A stretch of DNA of 62,575 nt, the filler included. It is 3 parts of 3 records of this genome, joined end to end, with 100 filler letters (N's around TTAATTAATTAA, not from the genome) between each part and the next. Parts side by side here need not be neighbours in the genome. Positions count along the whole stretch, not along the records: positions 28,294 to 46,970 come from SRR20825006_1767; 2 more parts are not named here. One strand, written 5' to 3'. Positions 29,540-38,481 of this stretch are shown here, piece by piece; within the stretch, counting starts at the first letter, position 1, and the number at the start of each line of letters is the position of its first letter. The notes under the pieces were generated by a model, which was not told the DNA's origin, searched no databases, and saw nothing but the letters and a program-made list of their open reading frames with translations. The translations under genes and the position numbers were made by a program.

Positions 29540-30148
29540 CTATCGGTGCATCTTGCCAAGCTCAGCAAGCACACATGGCAGATAGGATTTTGCAGAGGTC
29601 TCTGGGGCAATAACATTGGTAATCCAAAGGCCGCTCATCAGCATATTCAGTGTCTTCGCGCCAGTAGACACGTCGTATGACGGGTCAATTTCGCCGCTCT
29701 CCTGCAGGGTCTTCATGATTGCCAGAAGCTGTTCTTCCCTCACCAGAACAGCTCGCTTCGTGCGCTCATGCAGTTCCTCGTCCCGAAGGCTTATATTGAT
29801 GAGCTCATAATCAATTCGTGCTAGTTGGCACCTGCGTTCGTCGTCAAACTCTACCACTGCATCGCTCATAAATTTATGGAAGGCGTCAAAGCTTGCTATC
29901 CCTGACACAATCGAGTCCGAAAGCGTACGATCTACAACCGCCAACATAGCTTCGCGTTTGGTTTTGAAGTGCTTGTAAAAGGCACCCATGCTGATTTTTG
30001 CTGCATCGCATATGTCCGCCAGGGACATGCCATCAAAACCACGCTCCAGATAGCACTGCAAGGTTGCGTCGAGAATGTGTTTCCGACGCTCCTCCATATA
30101 TTCTGCACTTCGTTTAGGCATACAGTAGTTCCAGTTTTCCTGAGCCAT
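29540..30148 (-). CDS. TetR/AcrR-family regulator
   Basis: ILDATLQCYLERGFDGMSLADICDAAKISMGAFYKHFKTK HTH; true start may be MPKRS at 30121. Confidence 0.93.
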   Translation of the reverse strand: MAQENWNYCMPKRSAEYMEERRKHILDATLQCYLERGFDGMSLADICDAAKISMGAFYKHFKTKREAMLAVVDRTLSDSIVSGIASFDAFHKFMSDAVVEFDDERRCQLARIDYELINISLRDEELHERTKRAVLVREEQLLAIMKTLQESGEIDPSYDVSTGAKTLNMLMSGLWITNVIAPETSAKSYLPCVLAELGKMHR

Positions 30149-30531
30149 TAAACCTTTGTCGACACGTACATCGTGGGCAAATTATCCAGCACTAACGAGC
30201 GTCGCGAAAAAACCTCAGCTAGTATACCGATAAATGCAGGCATTCCCGGATAAAGAATTAATACATGCTAAATGGGGATGAGGAGGAAAGTATTTGACGT
30301 GCTCTCTTCATCGAGCGGAACAAGCTACTTACCTCTTCTGACTTAGTGCTCTAATTGCACGCCGAAAGTTAGCTATCAAGTGTTCAGCCCCAACTCTGCA
30401 AAGAATGCTGATGATTTAAAGGTGTCTTATCAGGTCCGCTTTGGGTCGAATTCAGCCAAAACATCGCCATGCCACAAAAATATAATGCGGTACCATGCCC
30501 ACTGATTCAACAGTAACATAGTGCTCACTCT

Positions 30532-30573
30532 GTCAAGGTAACCGCTACGCGGCGGCCTACGGCCGACCTTGAC
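30532..30573. other. Three-way hairpin junction
   Basis: GTCAAGGT...ACCTTGAC outer stem enclosing CCGC-TAC-GCGG and CGGCC-TAC-GGCCG. Confidence 0.75.
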
Positions 30574-30687
30574 TGCCGTTGCGCGCAATGTTCCTTGAGT
30601 TTTGTGGTTGGGACGGAAGGATGGTTTCGTGGTTTGACAAAAGGATAATCACCAAGGGTTTGGTTTATGCAATCGAATAACCTGTAA

Positions 30688-31350
30688 GTGACAACTTTTC
30701 GTCTAGATAGTAAAATCCCTGAATTTAACCGCTCCGCGCTTGAAGCGCTCCGGCAACCGCTTGAAAGCGGTGAGGTGGCTGTCGCGCGGGTGCAGGCCCA
30801 TGTCACCTACCCCGCGCGTTTTCAGCTTATTGCTGCCATGAACCCCTGCCGCTGTGGTTATCTGGATGACGCTGGCCTTGCGTGTGCGCGGGCGCCAAGG
30901 TGTGCGCTTGATTACCAATCAAAAATCTCCGGCCCGCTCTATGACCGTATCGATCTGCATGTGGATGTGCCCGCTGTGGCGGCGAGCGATTTGAGCCTGC
31001 CTGCGCCGCGGGAAAGCTCAGTCGATGTAGCCGCAAGGGTAAGCGCCGCGCGCGCGCTTCAAAAAGCACGGTTCAAGGTGCTGGGCGCACCTGCCCATAT
31101 GCGGCTGAACGCGCACGCGGATGGCAAGGTTCTGGAAGAAATCGCTGCGCTTGATGCAGCTGGCCGCAGCCTGATGGAACGGGCGGCGGACCGCATGCGT
31201 CTCTCCGCACGTGGCTATCACCGGGTGTTGCGTGTCGCGCGCACATTGGCGGACCTTGAGGGGCTCGAGCATATCAACACCGGCCATATCGCTGAGGCGC
31301 TGACCTACCGCCGCCTGAGCCCCGCGCTGGCCATGAGTGCAGCAGGTTAG
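30688..31350 (+). pseudogene. comM: C-terminal half of ComM/YifB Mg-chelatase-like ATPase
   Basis: PEFNRSALEALRQPLESG, FQLIAAMNPCRCG, SGPLYDRID, LSARGYHRVLRVARTLADL; Walker A and the FLDE Walker B are missing. Confidence 0.9.
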
Positions 31351-31415
31351 CTGAATATTTATTCCTTATATTTTTCAATAGGTTGAGATAATTTTATTAA
31401 AAATTTGGCTGATGC

Positions 31416-31442
31416 GGTCACGTTTTTTGGCGCCGTTTCGTC
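31416..31442 (+). promoter_or_regulatory. ECF41-type promoter
   Basis: GGTCACG-N16-CGTC against the ECF41 consensus TGTCACA-N16-CGTC, upstream of the sigma gene. Confidence 0.7.
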
Positions 31443-31497
31443 ACCGTGTTAGCACCTTATGACGATAACGATAAAAACCAGATGAGCAAAGACGCAG

Positions 31498-32445
31498 ATG
31501 GAACAGAACAGCTGGCTTGCTGAGCATTTTGAAGAAAGTCGCAGCCACCTGAAGGCGGTGGCTTACCGCATGCTGGGCACCAGGGCTGAGGCTGAGGATG
31601 CCGTTCAGGAAGCCTGGATCAGGCTCAACCGGTCGGACAGTGAGCAAATCGAAAATCTGGGCGGCTGGCTCACCACCGTGGTGGCGCGCATATGCCTTGA
31701 TATGCTGCGCTCACGCAAGTCACGCCGCGAGGAACCGATCGATCAGACGGCCTATGAGCTGTCACCCGAGACAGAAGACGACCCGGAAGCTGATCTCATG
31801 ATGGCAGACGCGGTTGGGCCTGCCCTTCTGGTGGTGCTTGACCACCTGAACCCGGCTGAGCGCATCGCTTTTGTGCTGCATGACCTGTTTGACCTGCCCT
31901 TCAGGGATATTGCGCCGATTATTGGCCGCACGGAAGAAGCCGCGCGCCAGCTTGCGAGCCGTGCGCGCCGTCGGGTAAGGGGCCGGGTACAGGGCCAAGT
32001 ACAGGGCCAGCTACAGGGCGCGGCCCCGCAGGAGGATAGCGCCCGCCAGACGGAGATGGTCTCGGCTTTCCTGAAAGCCTCAAGGGAAGGCAATTTTGAA
32101 GCGCTGATCACCCTGCTGCACCCTGATGTCGCGCTTTATGCAGACGAGGCGGCCCTCAAGATAACAGCAGCCAACAAAGACAAGGGCGCACCACAGTTCG
32201 AGGCTGAGATGAGCGGCGCCGCACGGATTGCAGAAACCTTCAAAGGCCGCGCCGCCGGGGCCCAGGTTGCGATTATTGACGGTGCCATTGGTGCCGCCTG
32301 GGGCTTTGACCATAAGCCTGTTGTTGCATTCTGTTTCACGCTTGAGGGTGACAAAATCTCAAGCATCAAGGTTGTTATGGACCAAAAACGGCTGAGCGAA
32401 ATGGATATCAAAATGCTCGGCGACAATGAGGGAGGACGATCATGA
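31498..32445 (+). CDS. ECF sigma factor with SnoaL-like C-terminal extension (ECF41/SigJ-like)
   Basis: AYRMLG..AEAEDAVQEAW, WLTTVVARICLD, AFVLHDLF, RQLASRARR, LLHPDV. Confidence 0.92.
   Translation: MEQNSWLAEHFEESRSHLKAVAYRMLGTRAEAEDAVQEAWIRLNRSDSEQIENLGGWLTTVVARICLDMLRSRKSRREEPIDQTAYELSPETEDDPEADLMMADAVGPALLVVLDHLNPAERIAFVLHDLFDLPFRDIAPIIGRTEEAARQLASRARRRVRGRVQGQVQGQLQGAAPQEDSARQTEMVSAFLKASREGNFEALITLLHPDVALYADEAALKITAANKDKGAPQFEAEMSGAARIAETFKGRAAGAQVAIIDGAIGAAWGFDHKPVVAFCFTLEGDKISSIKVVMDQKRLSEMDIKMLGDNEGGRS
31981..32016 (+). repeat. In-frame 12-bp tandem repeat (x3) in the sigma factor linker
   Basis: GGCCGGGTACAG GGCCAAGTACAG GGCCAGCTACAG, encoding GRVQ-GQVQ-GQLQ. Confidence 0.85.
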
Positions 32446-32810
32446 ATATTTTTCTTTGGGTTTTACAGGGTCTGCTTGCGTTGCACACAGCAATTGGTGC
32501 CGCGTGGAAATTTAACAATTCAGAGCAGGCCGTGCCGTCGCTGAATGCCATTCCCCATGGTGTGTGGATGGGCATGAGCGTGGTTGAGCTGTTGTGCGCA
32601 GTCGGCCTTGTGGTGCCTGCCTTTTATAAGCCGCTTGCCTTTCTTGCCCCTTATGGGGCGATCCTGATCGCGGCCGAGATGCTGGCCTTCTGCGCCATCC
32701 ACCTCGCATCCGGCGACAACAACATGGGCCCGATGGTATACTGGATCATTGTGGCCGCCATCTGCGCGTTTATCGCTTACGGGCGCTTTGTGCTCAGCCC
32801 GTTTTCGTAA
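32442..32810 (+). CDS. DoxX-like membrane protein
   Basis: MNIFLWVLQGLLA, ELLCAVGLVVP, AIHL and AFIAYGR motifs; ATGA overlap with the sigma gene. Confidence 0.88.
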   Translation: MNIFLWVLQGLLALHTAIGAAWKFNNSEQAVPSLNAIPHGVWMGMSVVELLCAVGLVVPAFYKPLAFLAPYGAILIAAEMLAFCAIHLASGDNNMGPMVYWIIVAAICAFIAYGRFVLSPFS

Positions 32811-32876
32811 GCCTATAGCTTCACATCCCTGCCGTCCTGCCGTCTTGAAAGCAAGAAATCTTTCGAGGAGGACAGG

Positions 32877-33458
32877 ATGGCTATTGATGCAACCCTTGCC
32901 GCTGGTGTGTCTGCGGTTCTTGATGACCTGCCCCCGGTGGTCGACCATATCCAGAAACGGGCGGATTATGCCAAAAGCACATCCGCCCAAAACACGGTGG
33001 CGACCTATGAGGCCTATGGTCTGGCGCTTAAAACCCTGCAAGCGAGCCAGAACCCGACCGCAGGTGATTATGAAGCGCTGGACGACACCACCAAGGAAGT
33101 TGTGCTGCCGCAAACCGCAGACCTGATCTCCGCCAACATCGCCCTTGCCAACATGGGGCAGCTCAACACCAGCCGCACGATCGAGCCCGCTTACGCGACG
33201 GCCGAGAACAAGCTGCTGACCAAGCTGCTGGATGATTGCCAGACCCTTTCGAGCCTCTTAGCAGCAGAGTATGAAACCGGTACATCGCCACCATCAAGCG
33301 ACCTGCCAGACCCGCCGCCCTCCCCCAGTGAAGGCGCGAACAGCGACACGCCCGATTTTGATCTGGATAGCTACAAGCCGGAAACGGTAACGGTGGGCGA
33401 GCTCGACCCTTACGAGCTGCCGGGCGATACCACGATCTATGTGCAGGACAAAACCTGA
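32877..33458 (+). CDS. Hypothetical protein (helical core, Pro/Ser/Asp-rich tail)
   Basis: Strong RBS GAGGAGG, GC3-biased codons, no recognised motif. Confidence 0.75.
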   Translation: MAIDATLAAGVSAVLDDLPPVVDHIQKRADYAKSTSAQNTVATYEAYGLALKTLQASQNPTAGDYEALDDTTKEVVLPQTADLISANIALANMGQLNTSRTIEPAYATAENKLLTKLLDDCQTLSSLLAAEYETGTSPPSSDLPDPPPSPSEGANSDTPDFDLDSYKPETVTVGELDPYELPGDTTIYVQDKT

Positions 33459-33534
33459 GACCCAACCCCCGAGCTGCCCCCAACCACAGGGAAATGACCC
33501 CCGAGCAAGAGCCCCCCAACAAGGACCACCCATC

Positions 33535-35259
33535 ATGCTGAACATAGACTTTACAGCCCAACTGCCAGCCACCCTGCCGGGCGTGAACCGCAATCAGGTG
33601 GTCAAGTTCAACAACAGCTGGGTGCAGATCGGCCAGAACGGCAATAATGTGCAGTTTCTGGTGGTGTATCGCGCCATGGTCCATAAGGTGCAAAACCCGC
33701 AGAACAACTGGGTTTTTGCCAACCCGGCACCATTGTTTCCGGGGCAGGCGGGTACACCATGGGGCTCCGGCTGGGGTTATCCTGTGGGTCAGGCCACCCT
33801 TGAGGGGCAAGTGCCGGATGGGCGTGGCGGGCGCTATTTTGACGGGGTGGGCATCGCCCGCATCCAGATAGACACCAACAACCTTGCCAACCCGGCGCAG
33901 GCATTTCAGGTTCTGGGTGACGAGATCATCCCCAACACAGACGGCTATGAAGACCCGCGCATCTTTGAGGCAAGCGGGCGTTATTTCATCCACTCCCACC
34001 GCTATCAGCCGGATAGTTTTCGGGGTGCGCCGGGGCCGCAACACCGCATCTACAAAGGTTATGCGCCCGAACGCATTCCCTGGGTGCCGGGTGATATCAA
34101 CACCCAGCAGCGGTCGCTTTTTGTCAAAATCACCGAAGTGGAAATCCGGAACAATCACGCCTGGATCGGGCCTGAGTTCTACTATGGCAGCAATGTCTCC
34201 AGCAATTTTGAGAAAAACTACGGCTTTTTCCTTGATGGTGACACGCTGTGTGCTGTGTATGGTGTTACACCCAACAACCGGCCTTTCACCATGCTGCGGG
34301 CCATACGCGGGCTTGGCGGGCAGGCGGTGCATGATTTCCCGCGCGGCAACCGTTTTATCGCGGAAGAGTTTCAACCCAATACAGACCCACAAACCAACAA
34401 CACGCGAGACTGTTTCCTCAGGTTGCAGCAGTATTATGCGAGCTTTTTCCCCGGCCCTGCACCTACGGTGTTTTCATCCAGCGGCCCGCTGATATGGGAC
34501 GGCGGTGTTAACCGTTGGCAAGGCGTGGGCCACGTGAAGGTGTTGCACGCCAACTATATGGCTTACCTGCGTCAGATTGTTGTCTGTGCGCTGGCGGCGG
34601 GGCAGGCGGCCAACTACCAGAATGGCCCGCAAAATGGCAATCAAGCCTATCAGGCGCTCATGAACATCAATGCTTATGTGCAGGCGGTGGGGCAGTATCT
34701 GGTTCAAAACCCCAATACGGCCCAGCAATATGTGGCGGCCTATCTGAACGGGGTCACAGGCGGCAATCTGCAACCCGGACAGGTCGCGGACGACGACCGT
34801 GATACTTTCATCAATGCTATCCGGTCGAACTTTATTCGTGGCAGCCTGAGCCGCCGCATTGCGGAGGCCTATAGCCTGCAACAAGGTAATGTGTCGCCGT
34901 GGCAGGGCAACCTGCTGCCCAACCCGCGCAACGGGGGTGACAACCGCGTCATTTTCCATCCGGCGTGTTTCTATTACAGCTTTTTTTACGAGATCGAGGC
35001 GAACACCTATCGGCTCAATCGCTTTTCCAATTCGTTTCTGGTGTATGATCAGAACAACCCGAGCTTCCTGCAGTTTGCCAGCAATCTGGCCCGCGCAGGC
35101 GGCAACTATCTCATGAGCTTCGGGCAGGATGACAACCGCGCCAAGGTTCTCCAGATAACGGCGCAGGAATATGATAACGCCATGGTGCATGATGCCACCA
35201 ATTTTGCACCAGCGAACTATAATTTCGTAAATACCCCAGTGAACGAGACCGTGCTTTAG
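33535..35259 (+). CDS. Orphan 574-aa protein with GH130/GT91-like five-bladed propeller motifs
   Basis: RBS AAGGA; motifs EDPRIF, EKNYGFF, GVGH, YYSFFY and QFASNL...MSFGQDD. Confidence 0.6.
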   Translation: MLNIDFTAQLPATLPGVNRNQVVKFNNSWVQIGQNGNNVQFLVVYRAMVHKVQNPQNNWVFANPAPLFPGQAGTPWGSGWGYPVGQATLEGQVPDGRGGRYFDGVGIARIQIDTNNLANPAQAFQVLGDEIIPNTDGYEDPRIFEASGRYFIHSHRYQPDSFRGAPGPQHRIYKGYAPERIPWVPGDINTQQRSLFVKITEVEIRNNHAWIGPEFYYGSNVSSNFEKNYGFFLDGDTLCAVYGVTPNNRPFTMLRAIRGLGGQAVHDFPRGNRFIAEEFQPNTDPQTNNTRDCFLRLQQYYASFFPGPAPTVFSSSGPLIWDGGVNRWQGVGHVKVLHANYMAYLRQIVVCALAAGQAANYQNGPQNGNQAYQALMNINAYVQAVGQYLVQNPNTAQQYVAAYLNGVTGGNLQPGQVADDDRDTFINAIRSNFIRGSLSRRIAEAYSLQQGNVSPWQGNLLPNPRNGGDNRVIFHPACFYYSFFYEIEANTYRLNRFSNSFLVYDQNNPSFLQFASNLARAGGNYLMSFGQDDNRAKVLQITAQEYDNAMVHDATNFAPANYNFVNTPVNETVL

Positions 35260-35318
35260 CCGGGCCGGTGGCCAGTAAAGGTTTGCAGCTTCCGCGCTAT
35301 GCAGCCTAAGCTGCGCCC

Positions 35319-35672
35319 ATGCAAAAGCAGCTTTATATTCTATCTGGCAGTTTGGTGATGGCAGTGGTGCTGTGCGGTGCCATATGGTTGCCCGAAGGCT
35401 TACATGGCACGGGCATGCGCTGGGCCGCGCGCGGCGCACTTGTGGGCGTGTTCATCTACCTGCGCCTTCGCCGCTATCAGATGCAGCCGCTTTATACCAG
35501 ACATGTGCTGTTCTCTGCCGCAACCGGCGGGTTTTTGGTCATGGCCGCCGCGTGCCTGTGGCTGATGGATACAGCACCCGCCCCCCTCATCTGGCTCACG
35601 CCTATCCTAAGCGCCAGCCTTCTCGGCCTCAGTTTTCACCTGCTCACCCTCGGGCGTGGCAGGATGGTTTAG
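35319..35672 (+). CDS. Small 4-TM membrane protein
   Basis: Four hydrophobic segments; fills the gap between convergent genes. Confidence 0.65.
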   Translation: MQKQLYILSGSLVMAVVLCGAIWLPEGLHGTGMRWAARGALVGVFIYLRLRRYQMQPLYTRHVLFSAATGGFLVMAAACLWLMDTAPAPLIWLTPILSASLLGLSFHLLTLGRGRMV

Positions 35673-35679
35673 TGCGGCG

Positions 35680-36450
35680 TTATGTTGCCTCTTCAGGCCA
35701 TTCGCTTACGGAAGTGAAAAAATGATCTGCTTTCTCTCTGATGACCGCCCAATCATCCTTCATCGCTCGCGCGAACCTGATCGAAATCAGAAACTTATCG
35801 CGCCACGCATACCTGAGGTGACACTGTGGATTTGGCCACCTATCGAACCGACCACAGATAAGCAACTGCCTGTATCCGTTTTCGTCCAATGCGCTGAAGA
35901 CATCATCCTCAAATCGTCCCGCTTCGGATGTAGTTGTTGACACCCTTATGCCCAGAAACTCCATACCCGACACAACCTCAGTTTGCTGTTCATCTAAGCC
36001 TAACGCAGGAACTGTTGGTTCTGCATACGCTTCAAAAATTCCTTTGAGGCGTGACTTTGTCGTGCATGGGCCAAACCCAGTGCGACGCCCCCGCCCCGAA
36101 CACAGGCGTTCGATGGATACGTATACTACCTTCTTCAATTGCCCCTCGGCGATGAAGTCGTTCTTGTGCTCATAAGAGAAAGGTAAAAAGTCAGGCATAA
36201 GGGCATGCACCATGAAGCCGTTTGCTAACTCGTCTGGTTTCCGATCACTAAGCTCCAGTAACGACCGGAGGTGATTGCCGGGAATATGAAATGTTACCCC
36301 CTCCATTCTTGCGTCAACGGTTTTGGCGGAGGTCTCCCAAGGGCTTGCTGGCCTGAACGGTTCGCCTTTTATTTTGCCGTACAGCAGAAACCCACCCACA
36401 AACAGGGCGGGTACCAGAAAAAGCGCGATGATATGGCTTGGTTTAACCAT
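35680..36450 (-). CDS. Membrane-anchored hypothetical protein
   Basis: RBS GGAG, N-terminal TM segment, two Cys pairs, C-terminal DW-containing helix. Confidence 0.75.
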   Translation of the reverse strand: MVKPSHIIALFLVPALFVGGFLLYGKIKGEPFRPASPWETSAKTVDARMEGVTFHIPGNHLRSLLELSDRKPDELANGFMVHALMPDFLPFSYEHKNDFIAEGQLKKVVYVSIERLCSGRGRRTGFGPCTTKSRLKGIFEAYAEPTVPALGLDEQQTEVVSGMEFLGIRVSTTTSEAGRFEDDVFSALDENGYRQLLICGRFDRWPNPQCHLRYAWRDKFLISIRFARAMKDDWAVIREKADHFFTSVSEWPEEAT

Positions 36451-36474
36451 TGATTTCTCCGAACACCTGGTTAT

Positions 36475-37287
36475 TTAAAGCTCTCGTTTGACACGCAAAC
36501 CCATCTGCTTCCCGTGGAAAAAAAACGGAGTGGCCTGTCGAGCGCTAGCTCTGACATTTCTGTTGCTCGCCTCACCGAAGCTGCCACCTCGGAATGCCCG
36601 CAGCTCACACTTATCAGACAAATGCGGCAAGCCATTAGGCGGCAGTGCCTCGAGTGAGTTGCTAAAGCAGTCAGCCACATACTCAGAAACGTTACCTAAG
36701 GTGTCATATATTCCGAACGGATTGGCTGCATAACTACCGACGACAGAAGGAACTCTGGTGGCAGTACTAAATCTACCCCCGCCGTCACAGTCCGTGCATT
36801 TGGCGTTATTTGTACCAATTTCGTCACCCCACCAATATATTGTGGTGGTGCCGCCGCGAGCTGCATACTCCCACTCCGCTTCAGAGGGCAGGCTGTACTG
36901 AAACCCGGTTTTCCGGCTCAGCCAGACAACATAGTCTTGCGCCTCTTGCCAGCTAACACCCGCGATCGGCATGGTGTCTGCCTCCCACCCTTGTTTGGGG
37001 GGCAGCGATGCACAGCCGCTGTCATCCACGCATGCTTTAAACTGCGCATAGGTGACTTCATATTTGCCGAGCGCGAAACTCTCCGGGATTGTGACGGGTC
37101 GTGCAGGCCCTTCAACGGCCATGCGGGCTTGCTTGTCATAGTCGCGTGCTCCCATCATGAACTGTCCGGCAGGGATCACAACCATTTCAGGGCATTCGCT
37201 GCAATCCTTGAAACTTGGGATATCCTCAAGGCTTTCATCTGCGCAGCCAACAAGCAGAAGCGTTGATATTACCAATATAAATCGCAT
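36475..37287 (-). CDS. FGE-sulfatase/SUMF1-domain lipoprotein
   Basis: Lipobox LVGC; CPEMVVIPAG, KYEVT, LPSEAEWEYAARGG, NPFGIYDTLGNV, RGGSF, GLRV. Confidence 0.92.
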   Translation of the reverse strand: MRFILVISTLLLVGCADESLEDIPSFKDCSECPEMVVIPAGQFMMGARDYDKQARMAVEGPARPVTIPESFALGKYEVTYAQFKACVDDSGCASLPPKQGWEADTMPIAGVSWQEAQDYVVWLSRKTGFQYSLPSEAEWEYAARGGTTTIYWWGDEIGTNNAKCTDCDGGGRFSTATRVPSVVGSYAANPFGIYDTLGNVSEYVADCFSNSLEALPPNGLPHLSDKCELRAFRGGSFGEASNRNVRASARQATPFFFHGKQMGLRVKREL

Positions 37288-37391
37288 CAATTCCCCCATC
37301 AACCGTTGGCGTTTCGCCTAGGCTTGTGGGGATACTAGGGGCGGGACATCCTCTTGTACATAACCTTCGTGCAATGGTTGTGAGGGTGGGG

Positions 37392-38453
37392 TTACTCCAC
37401 CCGAAACTCGGTGCGCAGGGTTTTGCTTTCCGCGCCATCGCGGGAGGCTTTGATCTCTGCGGTCCAGATGCCGGGGGTGAAGCCGCTTCCGGGGCGCTTG
37501 CGGCCAATGAAGCGGTAGATAAACTGGCGGTCTCGGTCCAGCGTTTCAGTTTTTTCGGCGAAGGTGCGGCCCATGGGGTCTTTGAGCTTCATGGCCCAGA
37601 CGTCCCCCTCGCGGGCATGAAAAGCGTGGGTTGTCATCACCAGCGCGGGCGCTGTGCGGCGGATGCTCTCATTCGGCGCCAGCCAGATATCTGCGCGCTC
37701 AGGCGGGGCGTCTGATATGCGGATGCCGATCAGCACCAGCGGCTCGTAAGCGGGCGTTGCGGCCCATTGGCTCTCGTCATCCTCACTGGTCGCGGTGCAG
37801 GTGTCGCTCATCTTGCGGCCATCAAAGGGGTCGATGATCTCACCACCCTCGCGCAGCATATAGTGAAGGTGGGGGTATTCCGTCTCGCCCGAGAGGCCCA
37901 CCTGCCCGAGCTTCTGGCCCGCCTTCACGCTCGCGCCCTCACCCACCGTGAGGCTGCCGTTTTTCAGGTGGCAATATTGGCTTTGGCGGCCATCTTCATG
38001 TTGGAGCACGATACCGTTGCCGCATTCCTTGCCGTCGATATCGCTTTCATCCAGCTGCCGGGCTGAGATGTCAGCCACGCCGTCGCGGCGGCGCAGGATG
38101 GTACCGTCCGCGACCGCAAGCACATCAACGCCTGTTTCCATCATGCCCATATGCCGGAGCGCGATATCCACGCCCTTGTGGTCCTTTTGGGTTTCGCCCA
38201 TGCAGCGGTAATCGGTCGCAGCACTATCAGCGCCCGCGCCCCGGTCTACATAACGGGCGATGAGGCAGGTATCGCCGAGCGTGCAGTCAAGCGGGAACTT
38301 GAGGCCACCCGGGTTGGTGATAGGAGTTGCGGTGCCGGGGGTTTGGTTTTCCGTGGCGGCAGTTTTCTGCTCACTCTTTTGCTCGCAGGCAGTGAGGGAG
38401 AGGGCTGTCAGGCTCGCGCAGATCAGGGTGAAGGTTTTCAGCTTTACGGTCAT
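37392..38453 (-). CDS. M23-family peptidase lipoprotein
   Basis: Lipobox LTAC; HKGVD, CGNG, QYCHL and PHLH motifs. Confidence 0.9.
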   Translation of the reverse strand: MTVKLKTFTLICASLTALSLTACEQKSEQKTAATENQTPGTATPITNPGGLKFPLDCTLGDTCLIARYVDRGAGADSAATDYRCMGETQKDHKGVDIALRHMGMMETGVDVLAVADGTILRRRDGVADISARQLDESDIDGKECGNGIVLQHEDGRQSQYCHLKNGSLTVGEGASVKAGQKLGQVGLSGETEYPHLHYMLREGGEIIDPFDGRKMSDTCTATSEDDESQWAATPAYEPLVLIGIRISDAPPERADIWLAPNESIRRTAPALVMTTHAFHAREGDVWAMKLKDPMGRTFAEKTETLDRDRQFIYRFIGRKRPGSGFTPGIWTAEIKASRDGAESKTLRTEFRVE

Positions 38454-38481
38454 TGCGGTTTGCCTTTCTTGCTCTCTCAAA

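Larger units (their letters stand above)
28294..30717. mobile_element. Right end of an integrative element inserted into comM
   Basis: comM similarity starts abruptly at PEF (30718); upstream DNA is less GC-rich and carries cargo genes; no integrase within the contig. Confidence 0.7.

Noticed and set aside
30434-30448. GTCCGCTTTGGGTCG, resembling repeats seen between cargo genes in genomic islands
   Set aside because: Single copy with no complementary arm here; cannot be supported from this sequence.
33163-34392. Long antisense ORFs in contig B (also 34474-35439, 38810-39721, 42678-43370, 44888-45550)
   Set aside because: They are shadows of real genes on the opposite strand in GC-rich DNA and show no motifs.
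36475-36610. FGE/CLec C-terminus as a diversity-generating retroelement variable region
   Set aside because: No reverse transcriptase and no template repeat seen in the window; a remote element cannot be excluded.
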